Origin: Eledone cirrhosa | Taxonomy: Eukaryota | Direction of reading: 5' to 3' | DNA: 64,000 nt | Assembly: GCA_964016885.1 (NCBI GenBank) | Contig: OZ024744.1 | Coordinates: forward strand, 123,070,001-123,134,000 | In this document: in pieces, positions 1-15,519 of the stretch | How the letters are laid out: the number at the start of each line of letters is the position of its first letter | Position numbering within the stretch: the stretch's first letter is position 1 | Position numbers and translations under genes: made by a program | The notes under the pieces: model-generated | Told to the model about the DNA's origin: nothing | Databases searched by the model: none | What the model saw: only the letters and a program-made list of their open reading frames with translations

Positions 1-3000
1 AAAAATACCATCTACCACTGTAAAGTGGTCATGCAGGTGTCACAACAATAAGTACTCAGTACCCACTGTAAAGTTGTCATATAGGTGTCAGAACAAAAAG
101 TACCATCTACCAATGTAAAGTGGTCATGCAGGTGTCACAACAAAATTACCCAGTCCACGTTGTAAAGTAGTCATGTAGGTTTCACAATAGAAAGTACCCA
201 GTACACACTGTAAAGTAGACATCTGGGTGACACAACAAAATGTACCCAGTACACGCTGTAAAGTAGTCATATAGGTGTCATTTCAAAAAGTACCCAATAC
301 TCACTGTAAAGTAGTCATGTATGTTTCACAAAAGAAGGTACGCAATACACACTATAAAGTGTTCATGTAGGTGTCACAACAAAAAGTACCTAGTACACAC
401 TGTAAAGTGGTCATGTAGGTGTCACAAAAGAAAGTACCCAGTACATATTGTAAAGTGGTCATGTAGATGTCGCAACAAAAAGTACTCAGTACACACTGTA
501 AAATTGTCATGTAGGTGTCACAACAAAAAGTACCCAGTACACGCTGTAAAATAGTCATGTAGGAGTCACAACAAAAAGTACCTAGTACACAGCGTAAAGC
601 GGTCGTGTAGGTGTCACAACAAAAAGTACCCAATACACACTCTAAAGTAGTCATGTAGGTGTCACATCAAAAGGGACCCAGTACACACTGTAAAGTGTTA
701 TGCAGCTGTCACAACAAAAATTACACTGTCCACACTATAAAGAGGTCATGTAGGTGTCACAACAAATAGTGCTGAGTACACACTGTAAAGTGGTCATGTA
801 GGTGTCACAACAAAATGTACCATCTACCACTGTAAAGTGGTCATGCAGGTGTCACAACAAAATACTCAGTACACACTGTAAAGTTGTTATGTAGGTGTCA
901 GAACAAAAAGTACCATCTACGACTGTAAAGTGGTCATGCAGGTGTCACAACAAAAAGTACTCAGTACACACTGCAAAGTAGTCATGTAGGTGTCACAACA
1001 AAAACTACCCAGTACACACTGTAAAGTTGTCATGTAGGTGTCACAACAAAAAGTATCCAGTACACACTATAAAAAGATCATGTAGGTGACACAACAAAAT
1101 GTACTCAGTACCCACTTTAAAGTTGTCATGTAGGGGTCACAACAAAAATACCCAGTACACACTGTAAAGTGGTCATGTAGGTGTCACAACAGAAAGTAGT
1201 TAATACACACTGTAAAGTTGTCATGTAGGTGTCACAACAAAAATTACCCAGTACACACTGTAAAGTATTCATGTAGGTGTCACAAAAGAAAGTACACAAT
1301 ACACACTATAAAGTGTTCATGTAGGTGTCACAACAAAAAGTACCTAGTACACACTGTAAAGTGGTCCTGTAGGTGTCACAACAAAAAGTACCCAGTCCAC
1401 ACTATAAAAAGGTGATGTAGGTGTCACAACAAAAAGTACCATCTACCACTGTAAAGTGGTCATGCAGGTGTCACAACAAAAAGTACTCAGTACACACTGT
1501 AAAGTGGACATGTAGGTGTCAGAACAAAAAGTACCATCTACGACTGTAAAGTGGTCATGCAGGTGTCACAACAAAAAGTACTCAGTACACACTGCAAAGT
1601 AGTCATGTAGGTGTCACAACAAAAACTACCCAGTACACACTGTAAAGTTGTCATGTAGGTGTCACAACAAAAAGTATCCAGTACACACTATAAAAAGATC
1701 ATGTAGGTGACACAACAAAATGTACTCAGTACCCACTTTAAAGTTGTCATGTAGGGGTCACAACAAAAATACCCAGTACACACTGTAAAGTGGTCATGTA
1801 GGTGTCACAACAGAAAGTAGTTAATACACACTGTAAAGTTGTCATGTAGGTGTCACAACAAAAATTACCCAGTACACACTGTAAAGTATTCATGTAGGTG
1901 TCACAAAAGAAAGTACACAATACACACTATAAAGTGTTCATGTAGGTGTCACAACAAAAAGTACCTAGTACACACTGTAAAGTGGTCCTGTAGGTGTCAC
2001 AACAAAAAGTACCCAGTCCACACTATAAAAAGGTGATGTAGGTGTCACAACAAAAAGTACCATCTACCACTGTAAAGTGGTCATGCAGGTGTCACAACAA
2101 AAAGTACTCAGTACACACTGTAAAGTGGACATGTAGGTGTCACAACAAGAAGTACCATCTAACACTGTAAAGTGTCATGCAGGTGTCACAACAAAACGTA
2201 CCCTATACACCCTGTAAAGTGGTCATGTAGGTGTCACAACAAAAAGTACCTAGTACAGACTGTAAAGTGGTCATGTAGGTGTCATGACAAAAAGTACCCA
2301 GTACATATTGTAAAGTGGTCATGTAGGTGTCATGACAACAAATACCCAGTACACACTGTAAAGTGGTCATGTAGGTGTCACAACAAAAAGTACTCGGTAC
2401 ACACTGTAAAGTGGTCATGTAGGTGTCACAACAAAAATATCCAGTACACATTGTAAAGTGGTCATGTAGGTGTCACAACAAAAATTACTCAGTCGAAACT
2501 ATAAAGAGATCATGTAGGTGTCACAACAAAAAGTACTCAGTACACACTGTAAAGTTGTCATGTAGGTGTTACAACAAAAATTACCCAGTACACACTGTAA
2601 AGTAGTCATGTAGGTTTCACAAAAGAAAGTACGCAATACACACTATAAAGTGTTCATATACGTGTCACAACAAAAAGTACCCAGTACACACTGTAATGTT
2701 GTCATGTAGGTGTCAGAACAAAAAGTACCATCTACCACTGTAAAGTGGTCATGCAGGTGTCACAACAAAAAGTACTCAGTACACACTGTAAAGTGGTCAT
2801 GTAGGTGTCACATCAAAAGGTACCCAGTACACACTGTAAAGTGGTCATGTGGGTGTCACAACAAAAAGTACCAAATACACACTGTAAAGTGGTCATGTAG
2901 GTGTCACAACAAAAAATACCTAGTACACTGTAAGGTTGTCATGTAGGTGTCACATCAAAATGTACAAAGTACACACTGTAAAGTGGTCAAGTAGGTGTCA

Positions 3001-6000
3001 CAACAAGAAGTACCATCTACCACTGTAAAGTGTCATGCAGGTGTCACAACAAAACGTACCCTGTTCACACTATAAAGTGGTCATGTAGGTGTCACAACAA
3101 AAATTACCCAGTAGACACTGTAAAGTAGTCATGTAGGTTTCACAAAAGAAAGTACGCAATACACACTATAATGTGTTCATGTAGGTGGCACAACAAGTAC
3201 ACAGTACAGACTGTAAAGAGTTCATGTAGCTGTCATGACAAAAAGTACCCAGTACATATTGTAAAGTGGTCATGTAGGTTTCATGACAACAAATACACAG
3301 TACATACTATAACGCGGTCATGTAGGTTTCACAACAAAAAGTAACCAGTACATATTGTAAAGTGGTCATGTAGGTGTCACAACAAAAAGTACCCAATACA
3401 CACTCTAAAGTGGTCATGTAGGTGTCATATCAAAAGGTACACAGTACACACTGTAAAGTGTCATGCAGGTGTCACAACAAAAGTTACCCTGTCCACACTA
3501 TAAAGAGGTCATGTAGGTTTCACAACAAAACTACTCAGTACACACTGTGAACTTGTCATGTAGGTGTAACAACAAAAATTACCCAGTACACACTGTAAAG
3601 TAGTCATGTAGGTTTCACAATAGAAAGTACCCAGTACACACATTAAAGTGGGCATGTAGGTGTCACAACAAAAAGTATCCAGTACATGCTGTAAAGTAGT
3701 CATGTAGGTGTCATTTCAAAAAGTACCCAATACACACTGTAAAGTGTTCATGTATGTGTCACAACAAAAATACATAGTACACACTGTAAAGTGGTCATGT
3801 AGGTGTCACAACAAAAAGTACACAGTCCACACTGTAAAGTTGTCATGTAGGTGTCAGAACAAAAAGTACCATCTACCACTGTAAAGTGGTCATGCAGGTG
3901 TCACAACAAAAAGTACTCAGTACATACTGTAAAGTATTCATGTAGGTGTCACAACAAAAAGGACCCAGTACACACTGTAATGTAGTCATATATGTTTCAC
4001 AATAGAAAGAACCCAGTACACTGTAAAGTCATCTTGTATATGTCACAACAAAAAGCACCCAGTCTACAATGTAAAGTGGTCATGTAGGTGTCACAACAAG
4101 AAGTACCCAGTACACACTATAAATAGGTGATGTAGGTGTCACAACAAAAAGTATCCAGTACACACTATAAAAAGGTCATGTAGTTGACACAACAAAATGT
4201 ACTCAGTACCCACTGTAAACTTGTCATGTAGAGGTCACAAGAAAAATACCCAGTACACACTGTAAAGTGGTCATGTAGGTTTCACAAAAGAAAGTACCCA
4301 GTACACACTGTAAACTAGTCATGTAGGAGTCAGAACAAAAAGTACCATCTACCACTGTAAAGTGGTCATGCAGGTGTCACAACAAAAGGTACTCAGTACA
4401 CACTGTAATGTAGTCATGTATGTTTCACAATAGAAAGTACGCAGTACACTGTAAAGTCATCTTGTAGATGTCACAACAAAAAGCACCCAATCTACACTGT
4501 AAAGTTGTCATGTAGGGGTCACAACAAAAATGCCCAGTACACACTGTAAAGTGGTCATGTAGATGTCACAACCAAAATTACCCAGTCGAAACTATAAAGA
4601 GATCATGTAGGTGTCACAACAAAAAGTGCTGAGTACACACTGTAAAGTTGTCATGTAGGTGTCACAACAAAATGTACCATCTACCACTGTAAAGTGGTCA
4701 TGCAGGTGTCATGACAAAAAGTACCCAGTACACAATGTAAAGTGGTCATTTAGTGTCACAACAAAAAGGACCCAGTACACACTGTAATGTAGTCAAGTAT
4801 GTTTCCCAATAGAAAGTACCCAGTACACTGTAAAGTCATCTTGTAGATGTCACAATAAAAAGCACCCAGTCTACACTGTAAAGTGGTCATGTAGGTGTCA
4901 CAACAAAAAGTACCCAGTACACACTATAAAGTGGTGATATAGGTGTAACAACAAAAAATATCCAGTACACACTATTAAAAGGTCATGTAGGTGACACAAC
5001 AAAATGTACTCAGTACCCACTGTAAAGTTGTCATGTAGGGGTCACAATAAAAATACCCAGTACACACTGTAAAGTGGTCATGTAGGTGTCACAACAAAAA
5101 GTACCCAGTACACACTGTAAAGTGGTCATGTAGGCGTCACAACAAAAATTACCCAGTCGAAACTATAAAGAGATCATGTAGGTGTCACAACAAAATGTAC
5201 TCAGTACACACTGTAAAGTGGGCATGTAGGTGTCACAACAAAAAGTCCACATTACACACTGTAAAGTGGTCATATAGGTGTCACAACAAAAATTACCCAG
5301 TACACACTGTAAAGTAGTCATGTAGGTTTCACAAAAGAAAGTACGCAACACACACTATAAAGAGGTCATGTAGGTGTCACATCAAAAGGTACCCAGTACA
5401 CACTGTAAAGTGTTATGCAGCTGTCACAACAAAAATTACCCTGTCCACACTATAAAGAGGTCATGTATGTGTCAGAACAAAAAGTACCCAATACACACAG
5501 TAAAGTAGTCATGTAGGTGTCACAACAAAAAGTACCCAGTACACACTCTAAAGTGGTCATGTAGGTGTCACATCAAAAGGTACCCAGTACACATTGTAAA
5601 GTGTCATGCAGGTGTCACAACAAAAAGTACCCAGTCCACACTGTAAAGTGGTCATGTAGGTGTCACAACAAAAAGTACCCAATACACACTGTAAAGTGGT
5701 CATGTAGGTGTCACAACAAAAAGTACCCAATACACACTCTAAAGTGGTCATGTAGGTGTCACATCAAAAGGTACCCAGTACACATTGTAAAGTGGTCATG
5801 TAGGTGTCATGACAAAAAGTACCCAATACACACTGTAAAGTGGTCATGTGGGTGTCACAACAAAAAGTACCCAGTCGAAACTATAAAAAGGTCATGTCGG
5901 TGTCATGACAAAAAGTACTCAGTACACACTGTAAAGTTGTCATGTAGGTGTCAGAACAAAAAGTACCATCTACTACTGTAAAGTGGTCATGCAGGTGTCA

Positions 6001-9000
6001 CAACAAAAAGAACTCAGTACACACTGTTAAGTGGTCATGTAGGTGTCACAACAAAAAGTACCCAGTCCACACTATAAAAAGGTCATGTAGGTGTCACAAC
6101 AAAAAGTACCATCTACCACTGTAAAGTGGTCATGCAGGTGTCACAACAAAAAGTACTCAGTCTACACTGTAAAGTTGTCATGTAGGTGTCAGAACAAAAA
6201 GTACCATCTACCACTGTAAAGTGGTCATGCAGGTGTCACAACAAAAAGTACACAGTACACACTGTAAAGTGGTCATGTAGGTGTCACAACAAAAAGGACC
6301 AAGTACACACTGTAATGTAGTCATGTATGTTTCACAATAGAAAGTACCCAGTACACTGTAAAGTCATCTTGTAGATGTCACAACAAAATGCACCCAGTCT
6401 ACACTGTAAAGTGGTCATGTAGGTGTCACAACAAAAAGTACCTAGTACACACTATAAAGTGGTGATGTAGGCGTAACAACAAAAAGTATCCAGTACAAAC
6501 TATAAAAAGATCATGTAGGTGACACAACAAAATGTACTCAGTAGCCACTGTAAAGTTGTCATATAGGTGTCACAACAAAAATACGCAGTACACACTGTAA
6601 AGTGGTCATGTAGGTGTCACAACAAAAATTACGCAGTACATACTGTAAAGTGGTCATGTAGGTGTCATATCAAAAAGTACCCAATACACTATGTAAAGTG
6701 TTCATGTAGGTGTCACAACAAAAAATACCTAGTACACCGTAACGTTGTCATGTAGGTGTCACATCAAAATGTACAAAGTACACACTGTAAAGTGGTTATG
6801 TAGGCGTCACAACAAAAAGTACCCAGTACACACTGTAAAGTGGTTATGTAGGTATCACAACAAAAGATACCCAGTCCACACTATAAAGAGATCATGTAGG
6901 TGTCACAACAAAAAGTACCAAGTACACATTGTAAAGTGGTCATCTAGGTGTCACAACAAAAAGAACCATCTTCCATTGTAAAGTGGTCATGCAGGAGTCA
7001 CAACAAAAAGTACCCAGTACACATTTTAAAGCGATCATGATGGTGTCATAACAAAATTATCCAGTACACACTGTAAATTCATGTATGTGTGACAACAAAT
7101 AGTACACAGTACACACTGTAAAGTGGTCAAGTAGGTGTCACAACAAAAAGTTACCACTACACACTGTAAAGTAGTCATGTATGTGTCACAACAAAAAGTA
7201 CCATCTACCACTGTAAAGTGGTCATGCAGGTGTCACAACAAAAAGTACCCTGTACACACTGTAAAGTGGTCATGTAGTTGTCAAAACAAAAAGTACCCAG
7301 TACACACTGTAAAGTAGTCCTGTATGTTTCACAATACAAAGTACCCAGTACACTGTAAAGTGGTCATGTAGATGTCACAACAAAAAGTACCATCTGCCAC
7401 TATAAAGTGGTCATGTACGTGACACAAAAAAATGTACTCAGTACACACTGTAAAGTTTTATGCAGGTGTCACTACAAAAATACCTAGTACAAACTGTAAA
7501 ATAGTCTTGTAGTTTCACACTAGAAAGTACCCAGTACACACTGTAAAGTGATAATATAGATGTCAGAACAAAAAGGACCCAATCTAAACTGTAAAGTGGT
7601 CATGTAGGTGTCACAACAAAAAGAACCATCTACAACTGTAAAGTGGTCATGTAGGTGTCACAATAAATAGTACCCAGTCTACACTGTAAAGAGGTCATGT
7701 AGGTGTCACAACAAAAATACCCAGTACACACTGTAAAGTGGTCATGTAGGTTTCACAAAAGAAAGTACCCAGTACACACTGTAAACTAGTCATGTAGGAG
7801 TCAGAACAAAAAGTACCATCTACCACTGTAAAGTGGTCATGCAGGTGTCACAACAAAAGGTACTCAGTACACACTGTAATGTAGTCATGTATGTTTCACA
7901 ATAGAAAGTACGCAGTACACTGTAAAGTCATCTTGTAGATGTCACAACAAAAAGCACCCAATCTACACTGTAAAGTTGTCATGTAGGGGTCACAACAAAA
8001 ATGCCCAGTACACACTGTAAAGTGGTCATGTAGATGTCACAACCAAAATTACCCAGTCGAAACTATAAAGAGATCATGTAGGTGTCACAACAAAAAGTGC
8101 TGAGTACACACTGTAAAGTTGTCATGTAGGTGTCACAACAAAATGTACCATCTACCACTGTAAAGTGGTCATGCAGGAGTCATGACAAAAAGTACCCAGT
8201 ACACACTGTAAAGTGGTCATTTAGTGTCACAACAAAAAGGACCCAGTACACACTGTAATGTAGTCAAGTATGTTTCCCAATAGAAAGTACCCAGTACACT
8301 GTAAAGTCATCTTGTAGATGTCACAATAAAAAGCACCCAGTCTACACTGTAAAGTGGTCATGTAGGTGTCACAACAAAAAGTACCCAGTACACACTATAA
8401 AGTGGTGATATAGGTGTAACAACAAAAAATATCCAGTACACACTATTAAAAGGTCATGTAGGTGACACAACAAAATGTACTCAGTACCCACTGTAAAGTT
8501 GTCATGTAGGGGTCACAATAAAAATACCCAGTACACACTGTAAAGTGGTCATGTAGGTGTCACAACAAAAAGTACCCAGTACACACTGTAAAGTGGTCAT
8601 GTAGGCGTCACAACAAAAATTACCCAGTCGAAACTATAAAGAGATCATGTAGGTGTCACAACAAAATGTACTCAGTACACACTGTAAAGTGGGCATGTAG
8701 GTGTCACAACAAAAAGTCCACATTACACACTGTAAAGTGGTCATATAGGTGTCACAACAAAAATTACCCAGTACACACTGTAAAGTAGTCATGTAGGTTT
8801 CACAAAAGAAAGTACGCAACACACACTATAAAGAGGTCATGTAGGTGTCACATCAAAAGGTACCCAGTACACACTGTAAAGTGTTATGCAGCTGTCACAA
8901 CAAAAATTACCCTGTCCACACTATAAAGAGGTCATGTATGTGTCAGAACAAAAAGGACCCAGTACACACAGTAAAGTAGTCATGTAGGTGTCACAACAAA

Positions 9001-12000
9001 AAGTACCCAGTACACACTGTAATGTAGACATGTATGTTTCACGCTAGAAAGTATCCAGTACACTGTAAAGTTGTCATGTAGGTATCACAACAAAAAGTAC
9101 CCAATACACACTCTAAAGTGGTCATGTAGGTGTCACATCAAAAGGTACCCAGTACACATTGTAAAGTGTCATGCAGGTGTCACAACAAAAAGTACCCAAT
9201 ACACACTGTAAAGTGGTCATGTAGGTGTCACAACAAAAAGTACCCAATACACACTCTAAAGTGGTCATGTAGGTGTCACATCAAAAGGTACCCAGTACAC
9301 ATTGTAAAGTGGTCATGTAGGTGTCATGACAAAAAGTACCCAATACACACTGTAAAGTGGTCATGTGGGTGTCACAACAAAAAGTACCCAGTCGAAACTA
9401 TAAAAAGGTCATGTCGGTGTCATGACAAAAAGTACTCAGTACACACTGTAAAGTTGTCATGTAGGTGTCAGAACAAAAAGTACCATCTACTACTGTAAAG
9501 TGGTCATGCAGGTGTCACAACAAAAAGAACTCAGTACACACTGTTAAGTGGTCATGTAGGTGTCACAACAAAAAGTACCCAGTCCACACTATAAAAAGGT
9601 CATGTAGGTGTCACAACAAAAAGTACCATCTACCACTGTAAAGTGGTCATGCAGGTGTCACAACAAAAAGTACTCAGTACACACTGTAAAGTTGTCATGT
9701 AGGTGTCAGAACAAAAAGTACCATCTACCACTGTAAAGTGGTCATGCAGGTGTCACAACAAAAAGTACACAGTACACACTGTAAAGTGGTCATGTAGGTG
9801 TCACAACAAAAAGGACCAAGTACACACTGTAATGTAGTCATGTATGTTTCACAATAGAAAGTACCCAGTACACTGTAAAGTCATCTTGTAGATGTCACAA
9901 CAAAATGCACCCAGTCTACACTGTAAAGTGGTCATGTAGGTGTCACAACAAAAAGTACCTAGTACACACTATAAAGTGGTGATGTAGGCGTAACAACAAA
10001 AAGTATCCAGTACACACTATAAAAAGATCATGTAGGTGACACAACAAAATGTACTCAGTAGCCACTGTAAAGTTGTCATATAGGTGTCACAACAAAAATA
10101 CGCAGTACACACTGTAAAGTGGTCATGTAGGTGTCACAACAAAAATTACGCAGTACATACTGTAAAGTGGTCATGTAGGTGTCATATCAAAAAGTACCCA
10201 ATACACTATGTAAAGTGTTCATGTAGGTGTCACAACAAAAAATACCTAGTACACCGTAACGTTGTCATGTAGGTGTCACATCAAAATGTACAAAGTACAC
10301 ACTGTAAAGTGGTTATGTAGGCGTCACAACAAAAAGTACCCAGTACACACTGTAAAGTGGTTATGTAGGTATCACAACAAAAGATACCCAGTCCACACTA
10401 TAAAGAGATCATGTAGGTGTCACAACAAAAAGTACCAAGTACACATTGTAAAGTGGTCATCTAGGTGTCACAACAAAAAGAACCATCTTCCATTGTAAAG
10501 TGGTCATGCAGGAGTCACAACAAAAAGTAAACTGTACACATTGTAAAGTAGTTATGTAGGTGTCACAACAAAAAGTACCCAGTACACATTTTAAAGCGAT
10601 CATGATGGTGTCATAACAAAATTATCCAGTACACACTGTAAATTCATGTATGTGTGACAACAAATAGTACACAGTACACACTGTAAAGTGGTCAAGTAGG
10701 TGTCACAACAAAAAGTTACCACTACACACTGTAAAGTAGTCATGTATGTGTCACAACAAAAAGTACCATCTACCACTGTAAAGTGGTCATGCAGGTGTCA
10801 CAACAAAAAGTACCCTGTACACACTGTAAAGTGGTCATGTAGTTGTCAAAACAAAAAGTACCCAGTACACACTGTAAAGTAGTCCTGTATGTTTCACAAT
10901 ACAAAGTACCCAGTACACTGTAAAGTGGTCATGTAGATGTCACAACAAAAAGTACCATCTGCCACTATAAAGTGGTCATGTACGTGACACAAAAAAATGT
11001 ACTCAGTACACACTGTAAAGTTTTATGCAGGTGTCACTACAAAAATACCTAGTACAAACTGTAAAATAGTCTTGTAGTTTCACACTAGAAAGTACCCAGT
11101 ACACACTGTAAAGTGATAATATAGATGTCAGAACAAAAAGGACCCAATCTAAACTGTAAAGTGGTCATGTAGGTGTCACAACAAAAAGAACCATCTACAA
11201 CTGTAAAGTGGTCATGTAGGTGTCACAATAAATAGTACCCAGTCTACACTGTAAAGAGGTCATGTAGGTGTCACAACAAAAATACCCAGTACACACTGTA
11301 AAGTTATCATATAGGTGTCAGAACGAAAAGTACCAAGTACACACTGTAAAATGGTCGTGTAGGTGTCATGACAACAAATATCCAGTACATACTGGAAAGT
11401 GGTCATGTAGGTGTCACAACAAAATGTACCCAGTACACACTGTAAAGTGGTCATGTAGGTGTCACAAGAAGCGCCAATACACATTCTAAAATGGTCATGT
11501 ACGTGTCAACAACAAATACCCAGTACATACTGTAAAATGGTAATGTAGATGTCACAACAAAAAGTAATAGTAAACACCGTCAAGATGTCATGTAGGTGTT
11601 ACAATAAAAATTACCCACTAAACATTGTAATAGGATCATGTACATGTGACAACAAAATTTACCCAGTACACATTGTAAAGTGGTCATGTAGGTGTCACAA
11701 CAAAAAGTACCCATTACACACTATAAAGTTTTCTAGGTGTCACAACAAAAGTTCTCAGTACTCACTGTAAAGTGGTCATGTAGGTGTCAGAGAAAATTAC
11801 CCAGTACACACTGTAAAGTAGTCATGTAGGTGTCACAACAAAATGTACCCAGTACACACTGTAAAGTGGTCATGTAGGTGTCACAACAAAAAGCACCAAG
11901 TAACACTGAAAAGTGGTTATGTAGGTGTCACAACAAAATGTACCCAATACACACTGTAAACTGGTCTTGTACGTGTCACAACAAAAAGTACCATCTACCA

Positions 12001-15000
12001 CTGTAAAGTGATAATGCATATGTCAACAAAAATTACAAAATACACACTGTAAAGTGGTCATGTAGGTGTCACAAGAAGAAGTCCCCAATACACATTGTAA
12101 AGTGGTCATGTAGGTGTCACAATAAAAAGTAACAAATACACACTGTAAGGTGGTCATGTAGGTGTCACAACAAAAGGTACCCAGTACATACTGTAAAGTA
12201 GTCATGTAGGTGTCACAACAAAAATTACCCAGTACACACTGTAAAGTAGTCATGTAGGTGTCACAACAAAGAGTACCCAGCACACATGTAAAGTGGTCAT
12301 GTAGGTGTCACAACAAAAAGGACCCAATACATGCTGTAAAGTGGTCATGTAGGTGTCACAACCAAAGGACCCAATACACACTGTAAAGTGATAATGTAGG
12401 TGTCACAACAAAAAGGAGGCAGTACACACTGTAAAGTAGCCATGTAGGTGTCACAACAAAACGTACCAAATACACACTGTAAAGTGGTCATGTAGGTGTC
12501 ACAACAAAAAGTACCATCTACCACTGTAAAGTGGTCATGCAGGTGTCACAACAAAAATTACCCAGTACACTGTAAAGTAGTCATGTAGGTGTCACAACAC
12601 AAAGTACCCAGTACACACTGTAAAGTCTTCTAGGTGTCACAACAAAAAGTACTCAGTACACACTGTAAAGTGTTCATGTAGGTGTCAGGCAAAATTACCC
12701 AGTACACATTGTAAAGTGGTCATGTAGGTGTCACAAGAAAAGGTCCCTAATACACAATGTAAAGTTGTCATGTAGGTGTCACAACAAATATTACCCAGAA
12801 CACACTGTAAAGTGGTCGTGAAGGTTTCACAACAAAAAGTATTCACTCCACACTGTAAAGTCATGTAAGTGTCAAAACAAAAAAGTACACAGTACACACT
12901 GTAAAATGGTCATGTAGGTGTCACAACAAAAATTAGCATCTACTACTGTAAAGTGGTCATGTAGGTGTGACAAGAGAAAGTCCCCAATACACATTGTAAT
13001 GTGTTCATCTAGGTGTCACATCAAAACGTACCCAGTACACACTCTAAAGTGATCATGTAGGTGTCACAAGGAAAAGTACACAATACACACTGGAAAGTGG
13101 ACATGTAGGTGTCATAACAAAAAGTACCAAATACATACTGTAAAGTGTCATGTAGGTGACACAACAAAATGTACCCTATGCACACTCTAAAGTTGTCATG
13201 TAGGTGTCACAACAAAGAGTACCATCTACAACTGTAAAGTGGTCATGTAGATGTCACAACAAAAATTACCTAGTACACACTGTAAAGTAGTCATGTAGAT
13301 GTCACAACTAAAATTACCCAGTGCACACAGTAAAGTGGTCATGTAGGTGTCACAACAAAAGTACCCAATACACACCCTAAAGTGGTCATATAGGTGTCAC
13401 AACAAAGAGTACCATCTACAAATGTAAAGTGGTCATGTAGATGTCACAATAAAATTATCCAGTCCACAATGTGAACTGGTCATGTAGGTGTCACAATAGA
13501 AATTATCCAGTACACATTGTAATATGATCATGTTGATTTGACAAAAATGTACCGAGTACACATTGTAAAAGGGTCATGTAGCTGTCACAACAAAAAGTAC
13601 CCATTACAAACTGTAAAGTGTTCAAGTCGATGTCACAACAAAAAGTAATAGTAGACGCCGTCAAAATGTCATGTAGGTGACACAACAAAAATACCCAGTA
13701 CACACTGTAAAGTGATCATGTAGGTGTCACAACAAAAAGTACCCAGATCACACTATAAAGAGGTTGTGTAGGTGTCACAACAAAAAGTACCCAGTACACA
13801 CTGTAAAGTGGTCATGAGGTATCTCAACTAAAAGCACCCATTACACACTGTAAAGCGGTCATATAGGTGTAACAACAAAATGTACAAAGTACACATTGTA
13901 AAGTGGTCATGTAGGTGACACATCAAAAGGTACCCAGTACACACTGTAGAGTAGTCATGTAGGTGTCACAAAAAATATTACCCAGTACACACTGTAAAGT
14001 AGTCATGAAGTTTTCACAACAAAAATTACTCAGTCCACACTGTAAAGTCATGTAGGTGTCACAACAAAAAAGTACACAGTACACACTGTAAAGTAGTCAT
14101 TTAGATGTCACAAAAAAATGCACCCAGTATACACTGTAAAATGATCATGTAGGTGTCACATCAGAAAGTACCCAGTACACACTGTAAAGTGGTCATATAG
14201 GTGTCAATAAAAAGTACCCAGTACACACTGTAAAGTGGTAATGTAGGTGTCATGACAACAAATACCCAGTACATACTGTAAAGTGGTCATGTAGGTGTCA
14301 CAACAAAATGTAGCCAGTTCACACTGTAAAGTGGTAATGTAGGTATCACAACAAAATTACTATCTACCAATGTAAAGTGGTCATGTAGGTGTCATGACAA
14401 CAAATACTCAGTACATGCTGTAAAGTGGTCATATAGGTGTCACAACAATATGTACTCAGTACACACAACAAAGTTGTCATGAAGGTGTCACAACAAAAAG
14501 TACCCAGTACACACAGTAAAGTGTTCATGTAGGTGTCAACAAAAAGTGCCATCTACCACTGTAAAGTGGTCATGCAATTGTCACAACAAAAAGTACCCTG
14601 TACACACTGTAAGGTAGTCATGTAGGTGTAACAACAAAAATTACCCAGTCCACACTATAAAGAGGTCATGTAGGTGTCATAACAAAAAGTACCCAGTACA
14701 CATTGTAAAGTGGTCATGTAGGTGTCATAACAAAAAGTACCAAATACACACTGTAAAGTGGTCATGTAGGAGTCACAACAAAAGGTACCCAATACACAGT
14801 GTAAAGTGGTCATGTAGGTGTCACAACAAAAAGTACCATATACCACTGTAAAGTGGTCATGTAGGTGTCACAACAAAGAGTACACAATACACACTGTAAA
14901 GTGGTCATGTAGGTGTCACAACAAAAAGTACCCAGTACACCCAGAAAAGTAGTCATGTAGGTGTCACAACAAAAAGTACCCAATATGCACTGTAAAGTGG

Positions 15001-15519
15001 TCATGTAGGTGTCACAACAAAAAGTACCCAGTCCACACTGTAAAGTGGTAATGTAGGTATCACAACAAAAAGTACCCTGTACACACTGTAAAATGGTCAT
15101 GTAGGTCTCATGTCAACAAATACCCAGTATATACTGTAAAGTGGTCATGTACCTGTCACAACAAAATCTAGCCAGTCCACACTGTAAAGTAGTGATGTAG
15201 GTGTCACAACAAATATTACACAGTACACACTGTAAAGTGGTCGGGAAGGTGCCATACAAAAAGTACTCAGTCCACACTGTAAAGTCATGTAGATGTCACA
15301 ACAAAAAAGTACCCAGTACACCCTGAAAAGTAGTCATGTAGGTGTCACAACAAAAAGTACCCAATACACACTGTAAAGTGGTCATGAAGGTGTCACAAAA
15401 AAAGTACCCAGTCCACACTGCAAAGTGGTCATGTAGGTGTCACAACAAAAAGTACCCAGTACACACTGTAAATTGATCATGTAGGTGTCACAATAAAAAG
15501 TAGCCAATACACACTGTAG
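1..15519. repeat. 48-bp tandem satellite, ~320 monomers, runs off the left edge of the window
   Basis: Consensus GTAAAGTGGTCATGTAGGTGTCACAACAAAAAGTACCCAGTACACACT (48 nt) repeats head-to-tail with substitutions and 1-3 nt indels. It gives the 16-aa periodic pseudo-ORFs (SCRCHNKKYPVHTVKW and CCDTYMTTLQCVLGTF). Confidence 0.98.

Noticed and set aside
321-15100. Cys/His-rich ORFs (SCRCHNKKYPVHTVKW)n resembling zinc-finger or metallothionein proteins
   Set aside because: They are translations of the 48-bp satellite. The period is 16 aa rather than the 28 aa of C2H2 arrays, there is no C-x2-C..H-x3-H spacing, and stops and frameshifts are frequent.
1-15519. CRISPR-like appearance (constant part plus variable part)
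   Set aside because: The variable segments are ~13-nt mutated versions of one sequence, not unique spacers. There are no cas genes and the context is eukaryotic.
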